Positions 17,407-23,332 of a stretch of DNA of 35,008 nt are shown in pieces. Position 1 is the first letter of the stretch. Each line of letters opens with the position of its first letter. Source of the DNA: Phycisphaerae bacterium. Its GTDB lineage: Bacteria > Planctomycetota > Phycisphaerae > Phycisphaerales > SM1A02. Under the pieces are notes generated by a model, which saw only the letters and a list, made by a program, of their open reading frames with translations, was not told the DNA's origin and did no database searches. The translations under genes were made by a program, and so were the position numbers. The DNA lies in contig JAUIHC010000001.1 of the NCBI GenBank assembly GCA_030432455.1, forward strand, positions 1-35,008, in the 5' to 3' direction.

Positions 17407-18899
17407 CACATCACCCCCGGGGCGAGGGCGACGACGCGGGCCGCGGACTTCTTCGCCGCCGCGGCATGGAGCCCGAGCATGCACGCCCACGCCTCGTCGG
17501 CGTGGCCGGACTGATCGCCGACACTGACGAACCGCTCAGCGCCGCTCGATGAGACCAGGCGGTCGATTGAGCCGAACGCGGCGTTGATTTCCTCGTCGTT
17601 GGGGATCGTGACCGTCCGGTCTTCCATGTGCTTCCGGCATCGCGTCGCCATGTCCGCCTTGCTCCGCACGGTGAACGCCACGGGTTCACACCGCGAGCGG
17701 TACCTCTCGGCACACTCCTCGGCGAGTTGCATTCCAAGCCCGGTCTTATCGATCGCGATGCAACGCACCCGGGCCGTGTTGCCCTTCTTCGATTCGACCC
17801 TCAGGCCCATGACCGCGTCGATGGCGTGCCGCATCTCGGCGAACTGTCGGCCGCGCCACCGAAGCACGCCGATGGTCGTGAAGGTCGATCCCCGCCGGCC
17901 GAGGATCCAAAGGACGAACTTGTCACCCTCAGCGCTGCGCCCGATGTCGGCGCCAGCGTAGAGGTGCGTCATCTCACCGTCGGTCTCCTCAACCGCCTTG
18001 ACCACGTCCGCGATCACCGCCATCAGGTTGCCCTTGGGGAGCGGTGTCTTCGGATCGGTGACCGGTTCGAGAACCGAGAAGGGGAACCAACCCATCTCAG
18101 CATCGCGCGGGACGCACTCGTACTCTTCGAGGTACTCCGGCTCCGACATGCACTTGGACCGGCAGTCGGCGAGGAAACTTTCTCGGGTGTACGACGTGCC
18201 CATCACCTCGTTGATCCGCTCGACGAGTCCCTGCTCGACGGCGAGGGAGATCGGGATGTGATGCAGGCTGACGGGAAGATCGGTCTTGAGCGGTGAGCCG
18301 TGGGCCTCGGGGGCGAGGCGGCGGTGGCCCATCTCGCAGAGCGTGTTGAACCGGCTGAGCATGCCGTTGTGCGTACTGATCGCGGCGATGCGTCCGCCCC
18401 ACGTGGTGACGGGCACGGCCGCCTTCCATATCTCGGCGGGGCGTTCATGGAACGCCAGCTCATCCAGGACGACGTCACCCTTCGGGCCACGGAACGCCTT
18501 CGGGTTCGATGACATCGCGGTGAGTCGAGGCGTGCGTCCACGCACCTCGGGGAAGTCGATCGTGAACACACGCATGTCACGCGCCTCGAAGAGCTCCCAG
18601 CCTTCGGCGATACGCACGACCTGTCCGACCGCTTCACAGAAGAACTTGACCTCTTCGACGAACTCCCGCGCCTTGTCCTCGTCCGCGGAGCTGTACCGCA
18701 CATCGATCGGACGTGTGCCGTTGAGGCGCGACATCGCAATGTTCGCAGCCTCGGCATACGTCATGCCCGTCTTCCGTCCCTTCACGCAGACCTTGACGGG
18801 TGATGTGTCATTGCACCATGCGATCTGGTACGGCAACAGGTACGGCCGCTTGCGCTTGCTCGCGACGCCTCCGGGTTGGAGCTCGGCCATCGCCATCAT
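17406..18899 (-). CDS. terminase large subunit
   Basis: The internal ATG at 18899 (MMAMAELQPGG...) forms an ATGA overlap with the upstream stop. The protein is 497 aa with a Walker-A-like VKGRKTGMT and Asp-containing nuclease-half motifs (HLYAGADIG, CIAIDKTGLG). Confidence 0.85.
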   Translation of the reverse strand: MMAMAELQPGGVASKRKRPYLLPYQIAWCNDTSPVKVCVKGRKTGMTYAEAANIAMSRLNGTRPIDVRYSSADEDKAREFVEEVKFFCEAVGQVVRIAEGWELFEARDMRVFTIDFPEVRGRTPRLTAMSSNPKAFRGPKGDVVLDELAFHERPAEIWKAAVPVTTWGGRIAAISTHNGMLSRFNTLCEMGHRRLAPEAHGSPLKTDLPVSLHHIPISLAVEQGLVERINEVMGTSYTRESFLADCRSKCMSEPEYLEEYECVPRDAEMGWFPFSVLEPVTDPKTPLPKGNLMAVIADVVKAVEETDGEMTHLYAGADIGRSAEGDKFVLWILGRRGSTFTTIGVLRWRGRQFAEMRHAIDAVMGLRVESKKGNTARVRCIAIDKTGLGMQLAEECAERYRSRCEPVAFTVRSKADMATRCRKHMEDRTVTIPNDEEINAAFGSIDRLVSSSGAERFVSVGDQSGHADEAWACMLGLHAAAAKKSAARVVALAPGVM

Positions 18900-19606
18900 C
18901 CCGCTGCCCCTTCGTACTCGGCCCCGGTCAGGACGGCCGTCAGCATCGCGCCGATCTCTTCCGTGCTCAGGCTGCCGCGGGCGTTCGCAACGTCTTCGAG
19001 GACGGCCCTGAGCTTCCGCTCCCGCTCCTCGGTCTGCACGCGCTTCAGTGCGACCTCGCCCTGCACCTTCGCCGCGTTGGTGACCATCTCCAGGCTGCGC
19101 GCCATCCAGTGGCGCTCGGCATTGGAGTACAGGTGCAGCGGACGCACGCGGAGCATCGACACGAGGCCGGCGGTGTAGAAACACACCAGGCGTTCGAGGA
19201 GTATCTCGAGGCGACCATCCGCCGCGAAGGCGACGTCTTTCGATGCGACGTTTCGGATGTACTGCGAGTCAAGCTCGTTGTACTTTTTGCGGACTGCGTG
19301 GAGCCAGCGATCGATCATCGACCCGCTGATTGCGGGCAGATCCTTGCTCATCTCTCCGAGGATCTTGTGCGCGGATTCACCGCCGATGATGTGGCGACGT
19401 GCGACGTCCAGGAGGACGCCCTCGTTGAGCGTCCACATCTTCGCGCGTCCGCCGCGCTTGTTGCCAGGGCGCGACGCCTGGATCGCTTCGAAGACGAACG
19501 ACAACCGCATGTGATCGTGCATCGCGATCATGCCGACGCCGGACTCCTCGACCGCTTCGGTCGTCGTCGTGGCGCTGTCCGGGTTGTCGTCCTTCGCCTT
19601 CGCCAT
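18896..19606 (-). CDS. terminase small subunit candidate
   Basis: 236 aa, directly upstream of and coupled to the large terminase. It has an N-terminal HTH-like segment and a helical C-terminus. The call rests mainly on position. Confidence 0.45.
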   Translation of the reverse strand: MAKAKDDNPDSATTTTEAVEESGVGMIAMHDHMRLSFVFEAIQASRPGNKRGGRAKMWTLNEGVLLDVARRHIIGGESAHKILGEMSKDLPAISGSMIDRWLHAVRKKYNELDSQYIRNVASKDVAFAADGRLEILLERLVCFYTAGLVSMLRVRPLHLYSNAERHWMARSLEMVTNAAKVQGEVALKRVQTEERERKLRAVLEDVANARGSLSTEEIGAMLTAVLTGAEYEGAAG

Positions 19607-20134
19607 TTACCCGCCGATCACCTCGCCAGTGTTGATGTCGATCGAGACGATGCGCTTGTCGACGTTGCCCGTGATGACAACGGTGGGCTTGCCGTCGGTG
19701 CGTCCCGCGCGAGGTGGCGTCTCGCCGGTCTCGACGAGCTTGCGCTTCTTCGCGAGCTTGAGCAGTGTGGCGCTCGCGATCTCATTGCCCGCGGCGAGCT
19801 TCGCCTGGACGGCAGGCTTCGAGCGTGCATGGCTGATGAGCTTGACCGCGTCGTCGCAGTCTTCCTCCATCGCCGCCGGATCATCGGCGTAGATCGCGAA
19901 CATCGCACCGACGAGATCCGTGTCGCCGAACGCGCGACGCTCGAACGGCTTGCCGCCGCCGATGGGCGGCCCCTTCGTGATGTCGCCGTTGATGGCGATG
20001 CTCAGCTCGACCGGATACGTGCCTTCCGGGAGCTTGGCGCTCTTGTCGTCGAGTTCGGCCTCGATCTGCTTCTTCGCGCGGTCGAGCGCGGCGATGATGG
20101 CGAGTCGGTCAGTGTCGGTGAGGGTGACGGTCAT
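19607..20134 (-). CDS. hypothetical protein, first gene of the late operon
   Basis: 175 aa with a GGAGG SD 7 nt upstream of the ATG. I recognised no motifs. Confidence 0.6.
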   Translation of the reverse strand: MTVTLTDTDRLAIIAALDRAKKQIEAELDDKSAKLPEGTYPVELSIAINGDITKGPPIGGGKPFERRAFGDTDLVGAMFAIYADDPAAMEEDCDDAVKLISHARSKPAVQAKLAAGNEIASATLLKLAKKRKLVETGETPPRAGRTDGKPTVVITGNVDKRIVSIDINTGEVIGG

Positions 20135-20365
20135 GGTCGCGCCTCCGTGCGCTGGGGGTTGAGGTCGTCAAGGTGGCCGGGTCGCATCCATGCTCGCCGG
20201 CCATCGCGCCGTCATGGCGTCGATCGATGTAATGTGAAACACAAGTTGGCACGCTACAAAGCGTCAAACTTACGAGTTTGGACGTAAGAACAGGGTCAAT
20301 TGTTAATGAGAATGGCCGTCCGACGTGCCGATGTTGCGATGATCTTGCGTGTCGGACGTTACGAG
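20135..20365 (-). promoter_or_regulatory. late-operon control region (lower GC, nested inverted repeats)
   Basis: The AT-richer block at about 20225-20315 contains CTTACG..CGTAAG and CGTCAAACT..AGTTTGGACG inverted repeats. An 8-bp inverted repeat, CGTCCGAC (20317-20324) / GTCGGACG (20351-20358), lies immediately after the stop of the 52-aa ORF. Confidence 0.4.
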
Positions 20366-20524
20366 TCAGTCCTCTTCGATGTCCAGCGACTCCCGTAGAG
20401 TCTCGATGTGCGAGATCAGGTCGGTCAGTCGCTCCCAGGTCCCTCGCGGGCAGACGGACGTGTCGCTGAAGACCGCGTCGACCGCGGCGAGCGCCTTGTC
20501 GACGATTGGGGATGTCTCGGGCAT
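20366..20524 (-). CDS. small acidic helical protein (52 aa), possible regulator
   Basis: The ATG at 20524 is preceded by GGAGA 6 nt upstream. Sequence: MPETSPIVDKALAAVDAVFSDTSVCPRGTWERLTDLISHIETLRESLDIEED. Confidence 0.45.
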   Translation of the reverse strand: MPETSPIVDKALAAVDAVFSDTSVCPRGTWERLTDLISHIETLRESLDIEED

Positions 20525-20544
20525 GGGGGGTCTCCGCCCCGCGC

Positions 20545-20586
20545 ATGAATAAACGGGGCGACGAAGCGCTAGGCGTCCGCCGCCCC
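20545..20586 (-). terminator. candidate minus-strand intrinsic terminator/attenuator immediately upstream of the 52-aa ORF
   Basis: On the minus strand: GGGGCG..ACG (loop with AGCGCT) CGT.CGCCCC, followed by GTTTATT. The stem has a 4-nt bulge. Confidence 0.35.
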
Positions 20587-20735
20587 GCTTCCGGGGGGCA
20601 AGGGGTAAGCCAAGTGTATCCACTCGGCGTGATTGGGAATACCCCGACCGCCCGATGGAGCAGACGGTCGGGATCGTGGTGCGCGGCGACGCCGTCGAGC
20701 ATGAGAGTCGGCGCCGCCTCATCGTGTTTGCCATT

Positions 20736-20762
20736 CCCCGGTGCGCCTGATGCGCACCGGGG
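20736..20762. promoter_or_regulatory. perfect 11-bp GC-rich hairpin/palindrome in non-coding DNA
   Basis: CCCCGGTGCGC ctgat GCGCACCGGGG. There is no U-tract on either strand. Confidence 0.5.
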
Positions 20763-21024
20763 GCCGCTCATCACATGGCGGCTTCGGGGCCGCCCTTCGC
20801 GGGGGTTAGTATCGGCGTCGGATCCCCGGAACGCGGGGATGTCGTGCCGCGGCGATCGCCCTCGACCTCCGTCGTTCGGCGTCAGCTTGTCGCGTGATGC
20901 AAAAAGCACAGCAGCCTGCGGTCTCCACAGAGACTCACAGGTCTGACCAGAGGCGTGCTCGAACGTGCGAGCACAAATGATCGCCTACCTCTACCCGATA
21001 ATATGCCCGCCGCCCACACCGCTG

Positions 21025-21474
21025 TCAAGGCCCACGCAGGAACGACAACACGCCGAAGAGCACGAAGGGCCAGATGCACGAACTGAGGACGATTCCAAGC
21101 GCGATGACAACGACCCAGTTCATCTGCTCACCGGCTCTCGGAACCAGCGTCACGTGCACCGGGTTTCGCCTGGTGCCGCCGATCTTCTCGGCAACCCGAC
21201 CGGCGAGCCTGTCGAACCATTCCTCATCGAAGGGAGATTGGACCCTTGGCGGTGGTGGGGCGCCGCATTCCGGGCACGCCCGGCCGGGTATGCCCGAGAG
21301 GTCATACCCGCATTGCTGACACGGCACCTTCTGGTCGAGCCTCACATCACTGACAACAACGTCGTACACGGAATTCGCGCGACTCGTCGCCTGGTGCTCA
21401 TCCGATGCGTCGATCGTGAGCGTACGAGGCAGTCCAGTCTCCCGGTCACACCCTTGTACGATGTACTTCGCCAT
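21025..21474 (-). CDS. membrane-anchored zinc-ribbon protein
   Basis: The internal ATG at 21474 (MAKYIVQGCDRETG...) has GGAGG upstream. The protein is 149 aa with a CQQCGYDLSGIPGRACPECG zinc ribbon and a C-terminal TM helix (WVVVIALGIVLSSCIWPFVLFGVLSFL). Confidence 0.6.
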   Translation of the reverse strand: MAKYIVQGCDRETGLPRTLTIDASDEHQATSRANSVYDVVVSDVRLDQKVPCQQCGYDLSGIPGRACPECGAPPPPRVQSPFDEEWFDRLAGRVAEKIGGTRRNPVHVTLVPRAGEQMNWVVVIALGIVLSSCIWPFVLFGVLSFLRGP

Positions 21475-21479
21475 TAAAC

Positions 21480-22009
21480 TTGCATCCCTCCTCGGAGGTG
21501 CGCAGTATATCAAACTTGAAGGATCCCAACGGTTGCGACCGAGTCGTTCGAGGCCGCATGACGTTCGAAGGGATCGCCGAGGGGAACAAGCTCTAATCGC
21601 GTGGGAGCATAAGTTTCGGAGGAGGTGGGCCACGATGCCCGGCGAAATCTCTGCACGATTCTCATGCGTGAGCCTTGACCCGGCCGATAGTTCCGGCCAT
21701 GATTACCGAAGTCTGGCCCTTTCGGACCAGACCCGGCCCTGCGGCGTGTTGGTAGCACCCGCAAGCGGCCGGACGTCAGAGCCCCGTTAGAGATCCGAGC
21801 GTCCAGCAGTGCAAGCCTATCTGAGACATCCCGCTCCGACAATGACCGGCGTGGCCCGTTTTGACGGGTTCACCGAAGCGTCACCGTGCGCACGGTCGGA
21901 CCGGGCTTCTTGGACGCGGCCCACCACCGAGCAAACTGGACGGGCGAATGCCCCGACGGGAACTGACGAAAGCAGCCTGACCCGCTGACCGCGGGTGAGG
22001 CTGTTTTTT
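21480..22009 (+). ncRNA. candidate structured plus-strand transcript ending at the intrinsic terminator (5' end undefined)
   Basis: This is a lower-GC stretch with no convincing ORF. It has several local hairpins (GTCTGGCCC-TTTC-GGACCAGAC at 21709-21730, CCCGT-TTTG-ACGGG, and the 14-bp palindrome ACCGTGCGCACGGT at 21883-21896). It is bounded at the 3' end by a canonical terminator. Confidence 0.3.
21973..22009 (+). terminator. rho-independent terminator
   Basis: CAGCCTGACCCGC (21973-21985), loop TGACC, GCGGGTGAGGCTG (21991-22003). 12 of 13 positions pair, and the stem is followed by TTTTTT (22004-22009). Confidence 0.8.
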
Positions 22010-22129
22010 CGTCTCCTGATTCCCCCGATCACGCGTGCCCGGCACGTGGAGGTCAGCCATGTCCAGTTCCTCAGAAACATCGCCTACCTCTGGCCCGACT
22101 CAACTCGGTCTGGTCAGAGGCTTCGAGGT

Positions 22130-22160
22130 GCGTGGGCCGTCCATGACCGACGGCCCACGC
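22130..22160. promoter_or_regulatory. perfect 12-bp inverted repeat (operator or RNA hairpin) upstream of the early operon
   Basis: GCGTGGGCCGTC catgacc GACGGCCCACGC. Confidence 0.5.
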
Positions 22161-22215
22161 CCTCACCTTGTCACATCAGCCGACGAGGTCCGCCCCGTCG
22201 GCAGGAACAACATAG

Positions 22216-22235
22216 ACCGGCGATGGATCGCCGGT
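22216..22235. promoter_or_regulatory. 20-bp palindrome, candidate operator about 55 bp upstream of the first early gene
   Basis: ACCGGCGAT gg ATCGCCGGT, with perfect 9-bp arms. It is followed by direct GTGCGC repeats. Confidence 0.5.
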
Positions 22236-22290
22236 GCGCACAATCGCGTGCGCCCCAACCGGGGCACGTCGTTTCGGCACGGAGGCCGTC

Positions 22291-22722
22291 ATGCACATCG
22301 AAAGTGATCTCATCATGACCGAATCCCGGGCCGACTCCGAGCTGCTCACCGAACTCATGGACCGTCATGGTCTCAAGGTGGATTGGCTCTCCCGCGTGAC
22401 GGGTACGTGCAAGGGGCACATCTCCAGGATGCGCAACGGCCAGTACCCGGTGCCCTACCAGATCTTCCGCGCCATCTATATCAAGACGGGTGACCCGACG
22501 ATCGTCGCGCTCTTCATGGAACTCGACGATGCACCGACGGCGTTGCCCGACCTGCTTCATGAGAGCAGCGTCCAGGCGTGCGCACTCGTGGCCGCCGCCG
22601 CTCGCGATCGCACCGCAGGCAAGTTCAACGCCGCCGCAATCGTACCGAACCTCGACTCGCTCATTCGCATGCTGCTCACCGCGCGATGCGCGATGGACTG
22701 CACCGTCGACCAGGTTGCCTGA
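22291..22722 (+). CDS. HTH DNA-binding regulator (positional analogue of Ner/Cro)
   Basis: The ATG at 22291 is preceded by GGAGG 5 nt upstream. The protein is 143 aa with the HTH-like segment LKVDWLSRVTGTCKGHISRMRNGQ. It is the first gene of the transposase operon. Confidence 0.6.
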   Translation: MHIESDLIMTESRADSELLTELMDRHGLKVDWLSRVTGTCKGHISRMRNGQYPVPYQIFRAIYIKTGDPTIVALFMELDDAPTALPDLLHESSVQACALVAAAARDRTAGKFNAAAIVPNLDSLIRMLLTARCAMDCTVDQVA

Positions 22723-22735
22723 AAGGGGGAGACTC

Positions 22736-23332
22736 ATGTTTGCCGAACGCCTCTACATCCCCTCGATCGACCCCCGCACAGTCTCTCCTGAAGCGCGGCT
22801 CCTCGTTGCGCTCCTCGACACTCTTCCCACCAACTCATCCTGCGTGCGGCTTGGGATCATGCATGCCGAGCGCATCCTCCGGGAGCCGCCGGTCAAATTG
22901 CTCCGGGAACTGGAGACCGCCGGCGTCCTGCGATTCCGTCGATCCACTGAAGAAGAGATCACCGTCTACGCGGAATCCCCCATCCGAGGAGGCCGCCGCG
23001 TGAACGGGATCGGCTACAACCTCGGCGAGTACGTCTACGAGCGCTTCGGCGTCGGCGACAAGGAAGGCCCGAAGGTGCCGGAGGCGGTAACTCGGATCGT
23101 CTCACGAACCGGGGAGGGCCTCTCGACCGAGTTCACGACTGAGTCGGGGAACGCCTTCGACGTGTACGGGCGGTGGTGCCGTGACCAGAACGGCAATCCG
23201 GTACCAACGCGCCTCCCCACCTATGGGCGCATCCGCAAGCTCACCGAGCGTGATGTGGCAACACACCCCGTCATCGTCAATGACATCGAATCGATCTTCC
23301 CGCGTCGGAAGCGGAGGCCCGCGAAGAAGTGA
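22736..23332 (+). CDS. hypothetical protein (possible winged-helix domain)
   Basis: The ATG at 22736 is preceded by GGGGGAG. The protein is 198 aa, contains ...LLRELETAGVLRFRR..., and has a basic C-terminus (RRKRRPAKK). It is coupled to the transposase by a GTGA overlap. Confidence 0.55.
   Translation: MFAERLYIPSIDPRTVSPEARLLVALLDTLPTNSSCVRLGIMHAERILREPPVKLLRELETAGVLRFRRSTEEEITVYAESPIRGGRRVNGIGYNLGEYVYERFGVGDKEGPKVPEAVTRIVSRTGEGLSTEFTTESGNAFDVYGRWCRDQNGNPVPTRLPTYGRIRKLTERDVATHPVIVNDIESIFPRRKRRPAKK

Noticed and set aside
20109-20909. 266-aa minus-strand ORF (and 20366..20734, 122 aa) spanning the control region.
   Set aside because: The composition is Arg/Pro/His-rich and non-protein-like. 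It runs through hairpin-dense, lower-GC DNA. Only the last 52 codons (20366..20524), which have a GGAGA SD, look plausibly coding.
21540-21580. GTTCGAA / CGTTCGAGG motifs resembling a tRNA T-loop. I also asked whether the control region hides a tRNA or tmRNA.
   Set aside because: The flanking bases do not form a 5-bp T-stem. I could not build an acceptor, D or anticodon arm arrangement, and there is no CCA-proximal acceptor pairing.
21635-21790. 51-codon plus-strand ORF behind a GGAGGAGG motif in the structured region.
   Set aside because: I did not call it as a CDS. Its third-position GC (about 64% by my count) is visibly lower than in neighbouring genes, and the peptide has no hydrophobic core or motif. 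I kept it only as an alternative reading in the ncRNA finding.
21510-22080. Minus-strand ORFs 21510..21842 and 21817..22080 as possible repressor genes.
   Set aside because: They have no HTH or other fold signature, are Arg/Ser-rich, lack an SD, and overlap the hairpin-rich block and the plus-strand terminator.
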